Assembly: GCF_018350175.1 (NCBI RefSeq)
Contig: NC_058373.1
Coordinates: 74,462,001 to 74,526,000 of the forward strand
Source: Felis catus
Taxonomy: Eukaryota
Direction: 5' to 3'
DNA length: 64,000 nucleotides
Under the pieces are notes generated by a model that was not told the origin of the DNA, searched no databases, and worked only from the letters and a program-made list of their open reading frames with translations. Positions 11,159 to 23,753 of the stretch are shown here, piece by piece (the first letter of the stretch is position 1; the number at the start of each line of letters is the position of its first letter). A program made the position numbers and the translations under genes.

Positions 11159-12410
11159 ATGGGTGTTTGGTTAGTTCCAGTCACCTGCTAAGCCAGCTCT
11201 CTCTAAAAAACAAAACAAAACAAAACAAAAAGCCCTAATTAGTAGCTTTTGTTGGTTTCTACGGCATATACACTCTCACTGTGGCTAAATTCAAGCAACA
11301 AATATGAAGTCACCACTGACTGCAGAGCTGGAAGAGAAGCACATAGTCAGCTCTTTTGCAAGCCAGTGAGCTGCCCTTCGCACACAACTGTAACAGTAAG
11401 CAGTGCTGTCCCCAGAAAGCTACAGGAAGGTCATGGCTTCTGCACACGCTATGGGCAGCTTTGGGAAATGTCAGCTCTCACTTTGCCTTTTTCAAAGATT
11501 AGAAAGACTAGACTGACAGCAGCTGTCCCATTACGTGGATGGCCCTCTAGGCTGCTGCCAGGAAGTCTCCCTCAGAACGGTCCTGGGCTCCCCTTTGGAA
11601 CACACCCCCTGTTGCCTTGCCTCAGGCTGGGACAGCCCCTGGAGCAGGCAAGGCTAGTCCTTGCAGTCAATTCCTCAGGGAGCACTTCAGGTGGAACCAT
11701 CCTGCAAGGAAGGATGGGTGTGTCGGTGCCATCAGCCTCTGCCTCTCACTTGGATTCAGCCAGTACTTTCCTCCCAAATTCCAGGAAATCATAAATACCA
11801 AGGAATCTGCTCTTGCTGTGCCAAAAGCAGGCCCAGCTGGAAGGCAGCAGGCATCCCTAAAGAGATGGTGGAATGAGGGGGTGGAAAAGTACTGAGAGAT
11901 AAGGGTGTGCCAGCTTCTGGTTGGGGAGGGACCCTGCTCCCCAGCTGAGGTGTGGAAACTGGCCTCGCAGCTGAAGAGCAGGTGCCCTTGGGCTGGGCAG
12001 CTCTAGAGGGAAGAGTAGGAACAGATGTGGAGGAAAGGGGCCTTGTCCTAGCAAGCTCCTTGAGGACCTAAACAGCTTGGATGTATGTCTTGGAGTCTTT
12101 CTCTCAAGTACTTAACACTGGCTAAGCACAGACAGAACCAGCAGTCAAAAATTTGTTGAAAGAGAAATGAGACTTTTATTAGCCTGCAGGATGTTTTTCA
12201 ATACTAAGGCAAAAAGTAAAATGTAGGGGCAAGTAAAATTAAGGCATAAAGAAGTATCTAAGGGCCCCGAGGGCTCACCCAGGACATACAGTGGAGGTCT
12301 TCTCTTCATATCAAGGGTATGAGGTAGGCAGGAGAGGCTGACTTGTTTCACGGAGTCAGGCCCTACCACATAGCCCAAGGGAGAACAGTTGTGAGGTCAG
12401 GCCAGGAGGG

Positions 12411-15400
12411 TTAGAATTTGCTAGTGTAGAGGGTCATAATCCACTTGGGCATACGGAGGAAGCCAGGCAAGTAGGAGGCCAGCCAGCCCATGGTGGAGAC
12501 ATGAGAGAGAACTGAGCTCAAAGACAAATAGTCTTGGATGGGGCGGCCTGTGGACCACAGGAAGAAGAGAAGGGTTACACTGTCATTTCCCACTCCTCAG
12601 ACACCTCCGCCTAGGCTGAAGAGCCTGAGTGGGATGTGAGGGAGGAATGGGGAGAAAGGGTGGGAGAAGGTGAAGTGAGCAGGGAACGGAGGAAGGGAGG
12701 TCCAGGCCGGCTGCTGGGCCAGAGCTCTTACCATCCACATCCCGAAGGCCATAGCGTCGAGCAAGGTCACAAGATGGCAGCACCTTCCCACTCAGGCTCA
12801 GGATATTGGGGTCTGTGGGCACAAGTACAGCTGAGAAGGCATGGCAGTGATGCAGTGTGACAAGGTTTGGGCCCAGTGGGACAGGGCACCACTGAAACAG
12901 GCTTCGGTGCCCAGAATTCTTTCTTTCTATTCCTAGGCCTCTGACTCCTGGCTATACTTCCTGCGGCTCCCAAACCTCAAACTGGGCCCACATAGGGTCT
13001 CCAGAAGCCGGAGAAAAGAAGGGCATATTCCTCAACCACCTCCTGAGCCAGGACCCAGAACTGGCTACCACCACCCTGCAGATTCTCCATGCCCTTTCTT
13101 GTTACCACCTGCCCCCAACTGCTTTACCTGTTGCCAAAGCCACCACACATTTGCCACTCATTTCTGTGGTCTCTGCAGAGCTGAAATCAGATCTGAACTG
13201 AAACACAGGGGCAGAGAAGTGAAGGGTTAATTTCCAAGAGAACTGCCCGAATTTCTTTCCCACTTTTAGCTTCTATTCCAAGAGAGACAGGCCCTCATCA
13301 CTGCACCTGCAGGACCCAGAATCTTAGAAGATGCTTGAGCCACTCTTCCCTACATCCAGGTACATCCTGTACCCTGGCACCAGGACCCACTGCCTTTCCT
13401 AAGTGGAAGGATCTTGGGATGTCAACTATGTCTGGACCTTCTAGGTTAGTTCAGGGCAGGGGTCAACAGCATGGGCTTCGGGGAAGGAAGCTTTTCCATT
13501 TATGGCATACATGACCTTGAGCAAGTTTCTAACCTTTCCAGGTTTCAGAATTGCCATCTGCAAAATGGAGATAATATCTCCTTTGCTGGATGAAAGGACA
13601 TAATGTATGTATGCTGCTCGGCCCTGCTCCTGCCACAGTAGGCACCTGGGTATTTCCTCTTTGTTAGTGTCTTGTCATTGAGGATGGAGAGGCTGATTCC
13701 TTTGTGTTCCCTGCCTCCCTCGCCCTCCCCCTGCCAACCTGCTTCAACAGGGGATCATCAGCATTGTTGTTTTTCATCACAACCTCCTTCAGTAGTTCTG
13801 TCTGCACCAACCCTGGCCACAGAGACACATAGCTGACCCCGTGGCGCCGCAGCTCCTGGGCACAGTCAGCAGCCAGCCTGTCGCACTGTAGAAGGACAGA
13901 AGGCAGGGGAGAGCCAGGGCGCCCGGCCACATCACCTTACTCCCCTGCCTTCCTTGCTTCTGCTGAGGATGCCCCAGCCCTTCTCAGGAGCCCTGTCTCA
14001 GCTGTCCACCTTCCCCAGTGTCTCAGCTTGCCACCCAAGGGGAGCCCAGGCAAAGGAACTGTTTATGAAGGGGCAGAGGGAGAGGTGGGGGCCAGTGGGC
14101 CTTACTACTCTGATCATTGGGGATCAGATCTCCTGAGCTATGGGTACCATCACTGTCTGATGCCTCCCTAACCCCTGTGCTCCTGGGTCCTCACCGCAGC
14201 TTTGCCAACACCATAGGGGACATTGAAGAGATACTGCAGCCCCCCAATGGAGGAGATGACCACGATGAGTCCCCGGCCAGCTGGTACCATGAGCCGTGCT
14301 CCATACACTGAGCACAAGTAGTGACCTCTAGAAGGTGGGGCAAGGAAGGAGAAGGAATACATTACGTTCACTGCTGGCCTGGCTGCTGTAGCCCTGGCAG
14401 CTTCCTCTGCCCTCTAGGGCTAGAGGCCACTTCCTGAGAGCAACAGTGGTAAAAGGAACCACCAATGGATGCGTGTAAAGGAAAAACTCAGTTTTCCATT
14501 CTCCTATGTAGGGAAAACCCAGCACACATATACTCGGTAACCAGAAAAACATTTCATTTGCATGGGAAACAGGATCCTCCAAGTGAAAACAGGTAGAGAG
14601 AATTATAGTTTCAAAAGGAAAGCCCAATCTAAGGTAATGCAAAGGAAAGGCACAGTAAATGTGTACGTGAGTGGGGGGAGAGGTGAGGACATGTTGGTGG
14701 GCTTCCCAGAGGCTCACAAAATGGCCTTTATCTTGGAAAATTCATCATGGCTCAGGGACCAAGGCCTGGGCCTCTGCCCAGGCTCAAAACTCTGACCTGC
14801 AAGAGATGAGGGAGTGGAAGGCCTCTCTTTGGAAGGCTAAGCATGTGGGCCATAATTGCCAATTATCAGCATTTTAGGTTTTCTTTTCTTGCCTCTTGGC
14901 TGACCATCCCTCTCTGTCCTCATAATCTTTCTTCTGCCTTGGAAATCACAACTGGATTCTAATCCTGCTTCCTTGGTATTTCCACAAGAAGCTGTGGGTG
15001 TTCTTAAAATGCTTTAGGCACAGATTTTAAGATAATCTCTTAGTTACTCCCACAGGTGGCTGATCACACCCCCATGGAATGCAGTTTCTGAGAGGGCACT
15101 ACCGTTCCAACAATAAAAAAGAGACACAAGTGGTGCGTCATGCTAGGTGAACTCTTCGTGCTGTGTTTCATCTCACTCCCATGCAGATGTATGTGTAACT
15201 CTGATGTTGGAGTGCCCTTGCCTGTGGATCTGGAGTGAGGATGTGGAGGCTAACATGGCTGGCACTCACCCTCACTGACCTTCTCTTGATCTAAGACAAA
15301 AGAATTTCTTTTTTTTGTTAATATCAACTACAGGTGGTGTGCATTATTCAAAGAGGGAGGCTTCCTTCCGATCACGCACTTGGATGTGCAGAGTGAGGCC

Positions 15401-17343
15401 GGAGAGAGGCCAAGAGCAAGTTCAGTTGTGTCAGTTCTGACAGAAACAAGGTAAAAGTCAATGTTCCCAGGTACAGATCCACCCGGATGGAAATTTTCCA
15501 GAGGTGTGAGACAAACGGGACAAAAAGGAGACAAAAGAGATGGGGAGGTCAGAGAACAAGGGCGGGCATATGAGGAACGGTCCAGGCCCTCAGCTGAGTG
15601 AATGAGGGGAACCCAGACCCTGGGACAAAGGGAACACTTACCTGAGTCCAACATTGTTGATATCATCCCAGATGGAGGCAGGGCTTTCCCAGAATGCCTT
15701 CTTAGTGTTCTTTATAATTGCCTGGAAGGCAAAGGGAGTGTTGTAAATTGGATGATCTAAAGGCAGGCAGGTATGAGGGGCTGGATAATGAAAGGGACAT
15801 GAGTGGGGATAAGGACTCAGGACTCAGGGGTCAGAGGGGGAGGTTAGGGATGTGGAGCTGGAATCAAAGTGTATAGGGTACCAGGACCCCAGCGTAGGCG
15901 TTGTTGACCAGCACATCCAGACGCCCCTGCTGTTCCCGATCCACTTGCTCAAACAGGCTTTGCACTTCACTCTCCTGGCTTGAATCGCATACCACAGGCA
16001 CACACTGGCCCCCTCGAGACTGTGCCTGGAGAGACAGAGGGGATATGAGCTTATAGTTGCACATGAGTGTGAGACATAAGGCAACCCTCTTCAACTCCCA
16101 GCTTGGGAGGAGCTGAGAAGGGGAGGGGACACTGAGAAGGCAAAAGTAGGACTCAAAGCCAGCAGCTGAGGGAATATGGTGAGCAATACCGCCCTCTGGT
16201 GTCTGTTTGAGGAGTTTCAGGAATGCTAGGTCCTTTCTCTATAGAGGGAAACAGATTGGGATCTCAAGCTTAAAATCTACATTTACGGAGGCCTACCAGG
16301 TGCAAGTAGTTGTACACTCTTAGTGGAAGGCAAGGGACAAATAGGGAAGGGGGGATGCTCCTGGGAAAGGAATATCTCTCTTCTTCCTCATACTTGGTCA
16401 TTTCCAACGTTCACACCCTAAGCTCCCACTCTTCACCGCTCACGTGTAACCTCTCCTCTGTCCCGGCCCTCTTACCCTCACATCACCAATGCTCCTGCCT
16501 AGTTACTGAAAAATCAAAAACTCTCAGGCATGAACTATTTCTACTTTCCGTTCTACCTCACCCTTCACAAATGAGTCCCCATCCTCTAACTTCAAAGGAA
16601 GAAGAAATACCTTATTCAGGACCAATCCTATTCTCCAGATCCATGCCCTAGTTCCCACCCTCTTACCTTCTTGTCTCCTAACTGCTCCCCCGTGCTCCCA
16701 GAGCATTCTGTGTCTACCTCTGATTTCCTGCTGGGTCCTATCTTTCCAAAGCAGAAGTGACATCTTATTTATCTTGGTAACCCCAGTGCTTCACCCAGTG
16801 CCTAGCAAACCAAATATATTTTTTTAACTGAAATCCAGTAAAAAAAAAAAAAAAAAAAAAAAAAAAGTCAAGTGAAAGTGTACAGCTCAATAAAGTCTTT
16901 CCTAAAATAAAGGAAAGCACAGGTCCACAACCCTTCAGCTGCAATTCCAAAATCCCTGAAGGTTTCAAACAGAAGGGTTGTTTTTTTTTTTTTTTTTCAT
17001 AAAACTCACTTATTGGCAAAATTTGACCTGATCTGAAGTCATTTATGGGCTTCATTTATTCCAGTCTGAATAAATATTCACATTTCGTGGAGGAATATAA
17101 TGGTTTCAGGTAAGGGATTAGTGGAAGGAGTGGTTAATGGGAAGGGCTACCTCAGGTGGTGTGTGTCCCACTTGTTCCAAAGGAAGCACCCACCTCCTCA
17201 GCAGTGGCCCGTAGCGTGTCCATATGGCGGCCAGTGATGTAAACTGTGGCACCTGCCTGGCAGAGTTGCAAGGCGATGCCGCGGCCAATACCTCTGGAAG
17301 CACCGGTCACCACGCACACTTGGCCCTTCATGGGAGCTGCCAT
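12411..17343 (-). CDS. DHRS1: Dehydrogenase/reductase SDR family member 1 (313 aa, 8 coding exons)
   Basis: Exons 17343-17194, 16025-15882, 15721-15642, 14327-14195, 13885-13739, 13197-13128, 12812-12732, 12547-12411, all GT-AG, total 942 nt. Motifs TGASRGIG, NNA, YGVGK. Non-coding exon 1 donor at 17795; AATAAA (-) at 12175-12180. Confidence 0.97.
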
Positions 17344-17559
17344 GACTCACATGCAAAGGGGGTAAAATCTGTGGAAGCAAAGACTTGCTCTGAGGGAAGC
17401 CTGCATCTTGTGTATGTGTGGAAGGGGGACCCGGATAGCGGGAGGGAAGAGGAGCCAAGGTTGGGATCCTCTGAGAAGAGAGAAGTTTCAGAGCGGGACA
17501 ACGGTGCAAACCCCAGGGCAAGGCTGTTCGTCCTTTTTGGCAGGCCAAGAAGTAAATAA

Positions 17560-18200
17560 GGGGGCTCGGTGGGACTGTCCAGGGCTACCCACCTATAAGG
17601 ACTCTCTGAAAGGGGTTGACCGGGTGGGGGGCGCTCAGCGCGGCAGCCCCTCAACGGCGGGTCCACGCAGCGTCCTGGGCTATCCGGAGCTCTGGCCTCT
17701 GGCGTGGCCCTGTCGGGCTGAGCCCGGAGGGGCGGCTTCCGGGTCGGGGGTGAGAGCGGGGACCGGGCACGCAGGAGGGAGCTCGCGCCCTTTACCTGCG
17801 CTCCTGCAGTCCCGGCGCCGTCTAGCTGGCGAAGTCCTTGGACTCTAGGACTTTGATTCTGGCTGCGGGGGCGGGACCAGGTGACTGCAACTGGATCAGA
17901 GTGTGAGGCTGGGGTGCCAGCCCGCGTTCCCGTCCGGGATCAGCGGAGGGCTTGGAGGAGAGGGTCAGAGAGCACGGGAGGCGGTGCTGGGGCCAGGACT
18001 GGCGACTGGAGGCGGGGCGACCTGGGGACACACACAGTCACCCGGCTAGGGGCTGTCGCCAATACCGTGACGTATATGCTGCGCGCCGAGCACGCCGGCC
18101 TTCCTAAACTCCGTCCGGACCCGGCACGCTCCTACGTGCGTGACGTTCCTCTGCGACTGGAGACGCTTTCGCGGACGGACACGGCCTTGAGCACTCATGG
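17560..18200. promoter_or_regulatory. CpG-island bidirectional promoter of DHRS1 and NOP9
   Basis: CpG-dense; GC boxes (ggggcggg ~17867, aggcgggg ~18010); GTGACGT CRE/ATF-like sites at ~18067 and ~18139; head-to-head genes. Confidence 0.85.
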
Positions 18201-21200
18201 GACTGGGTCCGCGCTCCCTCCACAAGGCTGGGCGCCGGTTTCCAGCTGGTGACAAACGGGGGCGCGGGGCCAAGGGGTCGGGGCGCCCCCCACCAGGCCG
18301 CCAGCGGCCTCCGGACAGGAGCTCGGAGCCAGCCCCAGACGCGCACCCTCACCTGAGCCCCGAAGCTCTGGGGTATTTCCGCCAGGCGCTGTCAGCCCTG
18401 AAAGAGGCTCCTGAGACCGGAGAAGAGCGAGGTGGGGAGACTTCAGGGTGAGACCAAGAGAGGGATTCGCTGGACATAAGTTCTGGGATAGGCAGGAGAA
18501 TTTTCATGGGTCCCCAGGGCATAGGGACTTAGTCTGTGTCTCCCATATCCTCTTCATTGCTCCCCTCTCCCTCCTTTAGTTAACTAATGGAACCTAACCA
18601 TCCTCCTCTTAGTCTCTAAAATATTTCTTTTCTTGTCTGTTCAGAACTGATGGTGCACAATGTTTTGAAGGAAGTGGAAGCTGACGCCCTAGCCTTGGCC
18701 ACAAACAGGACTGGCAGTGAGATTATGCAGGAACTGCTGGGATTTAGTCCCCTGAAACCGCTGTGTCGAGTATGGGCTACTTTGCGCTCCAACTTCCGCT
18801 TTGTGGCCTGTCATCGATGCGGGGTGCATGTATTGCAAAGTGCTTTGCTGCAGCTGCCTCGATTGCTGGGGAGCCCTGCAGAGAAAGAGGAGGAGGACGT
18901 GGAAGAGGAGGAGGATGGCAAGGATGGTCCCTTGGAGACTCTGGAGGAGCTGGTTTTGGGACTAGCCTCCGAGGTGTGTGATGATTTTCTTTTCTACTGT
19001 GGAGACACACATGGCAGCTTCGTGGTCAGAACTCTGCTACAGGTGTTGGGAGGGACTCTTCTGGAGTCTGAGAGAGCCAGGCACCGTGGCTCTCAGTCAC
19101 CTGGTAAGTATTACAAGAGGGAAGTGGATGTAGAGGAGAGGAGAGTTTAGGAAGTCCAGTAGAAGAGAGTAAGCAGAAGAGTAATTCTTGCTGACCTTAA
19201 AGAATTAGCAGAGAAATTAGGACAAGACTTAACAGGCCAAAGATTAGTGCACACAGAGGCCCAGACGTGAGGATGCATAGGTGTGTTTGGGGGACAGCTA
19301 GTAGAATAGGCCAGGGGTAAGAGGTGATTCATGAGGAATGGGTGTCAAATTTTTTTTAAACCACAACTCACAGATTTTTTTTTTGTTTGTTTGTTTTAAA
19401 CATCACTGAACATGCGTCTGTCTGTGTATACATATATTGGACTCAAGTAGAACTTTGAGAAGTTAATATATATACAACCCATTCTGATACTTTCTTTTCT
19501 GTTTTATTCTATTCTATTCTATTGAAAAATTGCTGGTTAAGATCCACTAAAGTGATTTTATGATGCATTTGTAGGCAGCGACCTACAGTTTGAAAAACTC
19601 TGGGAAATAAGGTTAGAGAGTTCAGATGAGGCCTTGAAGTCCTGAGAGTTTGGCCTATCTTCTACGGACCACTGGGGAGCTGTTGAAATTTCTTAGAAAA
19701 ATTAAAACAGAAACGTAGTCTCTGTTTAGTCATCCAGATGAGAAGAGGTATTCATATGTGTTCTGCATCTCCAAGCTGAATCCTTGCTCATCTATGGGAT
19801 TATTCTCCCTCCTGGATGGTAGTTTGTGATCCCAGCACTGCACGTGTTCTTGGTCTTCTTTCAGAAGCACAAAGGGCCCCAGCTCGGGAAGGTAAGCCAT
19901 CTGATTTTGAGGTCCCTGAAACCTTCTTGAATCGCCTTCAGGACCTGAGCTCCTGCTTTCTGAAGGACATTGCTGGTAAGAAGGGAAAAAGGAGGAGGGT
20001 CTAGGACCTGCTTTTCTGGAGGTGAACTGTCATCATCTGAGGCCCTTACTTCGATCAGTCTTATTCCTTTTCAAATCTGATCGGGTTTGATATTGCAAAG
20101 ACTCTGTATAGAGCTTTTACGTCCAAAGTCCCTGATATCTTTTGCTTGAGGTTTGAGGTTGTACAGGTTGTCTGGATTTTGGAAGAGCTGCTTTTATTAT
20201 TTCTGCCCTCTCCCTCAGTATTTATCACTGACAAGATCTCCAGCTTCTGCCTTCAAGTGGCCTTACAAATCTTACACCGCAAACTGCCCCAGTTTTGTGC
20301 TCAGCTCTGCAGTGCTGTGATTGGCTATCTGAGTAGCCGCAATTCCTCAGCAGATGGCAGGTATGGTCTAGGCCTCAGAGTCCACCAAAGTTGATGAGGC
20401 TGTGTGGAGTGAATGAAGTGATATGGATATTTTAGATGCAATAAAGGCTGCTTGATCACCTTCTCCTTGTCCCTAGCCCCCTACTGCTATTTCTGCGGGA
20501 TCAGACGAGCTCCAGACTCCTGGAGCAAGTGCTGCTGGTGCTGGAGCCCCCGAGGCTCCAGAGCCTCTTTGAGGATCACTTCCAAGGGCAGCTGCAGACC
20601 CTGGCCGCACACCCCATTGCCAACTTCCCTTTGCAGCGTTTACTGGATGCTGTTACTACCCCTGAGCTGGTGAGTTGAGAGTGGGGCCGGATCTGTTTCT
20701 GTGCTCTGTTATTTCTGCTAGTTTTTGTTCATTGTGCCTTATTTTATTGTGTGCCTGCCTCTGCATCTCTGAGTGTGTGCTGGCCATTCCCCTTGAAGTT
20801 ATTCCTGGGGGTTACTCAGAGCTTATGACGAAAGTGCCTTCTCAGAAAGGATTTGTTTTGGCTTCTCGGGTTCCAATACCAGCAAGCGACTGGCTTAATC
20901 CAAATATGCAGCTTGAGGTTCCATGACCCGTGTTTGTGGTGAACTATCTGTAGCAATACAGAGTTGGGAGTTGGGGTAGAAGGGTAGATTTTTTTTTTTT
21001 TAAGATTTTATTTTTAAGTAATCTCTACACCAAATGTGGGGCTTGAACTCACAACCCCAGATCAAGAGCTGTGTGCTCTGCTGACGGAGATAGCTAGGTG
21101 CCCCTAGAAGGGCAGATTTAATTCCAGTATCCCCTTATCTTGAGAGTGTGGCCATTTAAAGTATTGCTGCTTCCCTCATGTGAGGCAGCACCTCTAAGAC

Positions 21201-23212
21201 TGCCCCTTGTCCTAGACTTCATCTGGCCAAACCCAAATCCTGATATTGGCCGTGCTTATCTAGCACTTCTAGTTGTTTTCAGCAGGAAGATTTCTCTGAA
21301 TAACTCAGTCCACTGTTACAGAATGCCAAAGATTCCTCATTCTGTGCCTCCCCTCAGCTGTCCCCCGTGTTTGAGGAGCTGAGCCCTGCCCTGGAAGCTG
21401 TGCTGGCTCAAGGTCACCCGGGGGTGGTCATTGCCCTGGTGGGGGCCTGCCGCAGAGTTGGGGCCCACCAAGCCCGGGTCCTACAGCTGTTGTTGGAGGT
21501 GAGTAGGTGTTGCCCCCGACCTGTTTATGCCCTCAGTTCAAATTCCACCTGTTAGGACCTCTCTAATCTTCAGTGGTTGTATCTCTGGACTCAAGAGGCC
21601 TAATGTCCAAGGAGCTCACAGATCCAGGGAGAAATGAGGCCAAACCCATCTCATAGCCCTGGAATGAAAATTGTCTCCCAGAACTAAGAGAGCAGTTTAT
21701 TTAAGGAATAAATGTTTATTCAACCCCTGTTACGTGTATAGGGGCTGGGGATACAGCAAGGCAGTTGAGATCCTGCCCTTATTCAGCTTACATTCTCACA
21801 TCTCCTGAATGCTTTCCTCTGTCTAGAGAGTCGGGGTTCGGGATGAGGTAGCTCTCCGATTCATCGTGTTTTGTCTTCTCCTCTAGGCATTCCACTGTGC
21901 GGAGCCCCCTTCCCGGCAAGTGGCTTGTGTGCCTCTCTTTGCCACTTTGACGGCTTATGAGGTATACTATAGACTGGCAGAGGAGGAAGGGGCAGTGCCC
22001 GCAGAGCACCAGGTGAGGTAGGAGAGGGGCCAAGTCAGTGACTAATTGGGGCCAGGGTTTAAAAAGTCCTTCACCCTTGTGGTGAGGGTGTGGGGATCTC
22101 TGGCTTCATCCAGGTGGGGGTGGCACTTTGGTGGCTGCCTCCTAAATCCTGTTTCTGTCCTACCAGGTGGAAATGGCCACGGCCAGAGCTCTGGGGGAAG
22201 TGACAGTCCTTGGGTCTCTTCTGCTTCAGCATCTGCTGCACTTCTCTAGCCCTGGTATCGTACTTCGAAGTCTGGGTGCCTTGACGGGACCACAACTTCT
22301 GACTCTCGCCCAGAACCCTGCTGGCTCCCACGTGCTGGATGCCGTCCTGACCAGCCCCTCCGTGACGCGCAAGCAGCGTCGCCGCGTGCTGAAGACCCTA
22401 AAGGTTCTGGTTTCTGCTTTGATTCCCCCACCAACATCCATTTAAGAGAACATGAGCTTGCCCTGAGACTGTCCTTCAGAATCAGAGAGGATATATCGTT
22501 CCCAGACTCTTTCGACTCAGCCCATAAGCTTCTGAAACTTCACTTCCCCGTTTCCCTCCCCAGTGCACTTTTGTGGAATGCCCTAGAGGGACCTACCTTG
22601 CTTGTTTCACTGCAGGGACAATACGTGGCTCTGGCCTGTAGTCGTCATGGCAGCCGAGTGCTAGATGCCATCTGGAGTGGAGCAGCCTTGGGGGCCCGGA
22701 AGGAAATTGCTGCCGAGCTGGGTGAGTACCTGCACCTCTCTCTAACCTTTCCAAACTTCCCTCACTCCAGATGGCTGAGTGGCTGGGGGGGGGGACTTAA
22801 ATACAGCAGAGGCTTCAGTTCAAAAGGGTGGTGTTGGCCATGGGTTCTTAGCAGTCTGCCCTCCTTTCCTCTGCTGATTATGCAGCCCTGTGCTCCCGCC
22901 CTCTCCTGGCTTCCGTTCTTTGGAGACTGAGGTATTATCCCTGAGGCCAACCCAGGGCCCAGGGAAAATGGAGGGACCTTCACCCAGGGAGTGTCGCTTT
23001 GAGCACGGGGGGTGACTGCATGATGATACTGAACATGAGTGATTCCCTTTGCAGGGGAGCGGAACCAGGAGCTGATAAGAGACCCTTTTGGCCACCATGT
23101 GGCTCGAAATGTGGCTCTGACTACTTTCCTGAAGCGCCGAGAGGCTTGGGAACAGCAGCAGGGGGCAGTGGCCAAGCGGAGGAGGGCTTTGAACTCAATA
23201 CTTGAAGACTGA
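18197..23212 (+). CDS. NOP9: Nucleolar protein 9, Pumilio/PUF-repeat protein (635 aa, 10 exons)
   Basis: Exons 18197-18431, 18645-19103, 19865-19975, 20219-20360, 20477-20669, 21358-21498, 21887-22012, 22167-22403, 22616-22721, 23055-23212; total 1908 nt. PUF motifs (GSHVLD, GSRVLD, FGHHVARN); AATAAA at 23305-23310. Confidence 0.97.
20992..21104 (-). mobile_element. Short Can-SINE in NOP9 intron 5
   Basis: T tail and SINE head in reverse; TSD tagaagggyagattt at ~20977 and ~21105. Confidence 0.8.
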
Positions 23213-23753
23213 GGCCTTTGGACCTGGGACTGGGTGATGGGGAGGGTAGTGGGAGTATCTGTCCTGTCCCCTTCTTAGTTTAAGTTGGAATCAAAAGTCT
23301 TATTAATAAACATTTTTATATTTTTATTGGAAATGTTTTTGTTATTTTGGGGAAAAGGGTATAAAGAAATAGAGATCTCAAGGTAAAATCAGAAAGGGCT
23401 GAATTCAGTGCACTAGGAAGCTTAGGGACAGGAGGAGTTGCAAGGAATCTAGATGTAGCAATGATCAGGGTGGGGTCGACATACTTGGGGACAGGCTTGT
23501 GGCCTTTCCAGGTAAGTGGGATGCTGGAAAGATGGCTAGGAAGGGACAGCATTCTTCAGGAAAGGGTATAGGCTAGGGGTGTAAGGCGTTATGCTGATGA
23601 GGCCTGTCACAATGGGGTCAGAAGGCATTGGGGAAATCAGGTGAGTTACCTAATCTGCACTGTCTTCAGATCTCCAAAGCTGATGCTGTCACAATCCTCA
23701 CAGTGTGTCTCTTGAAATGAATCTAGGGGCAGAAAGCAGCTTGGAGCCCCTTA

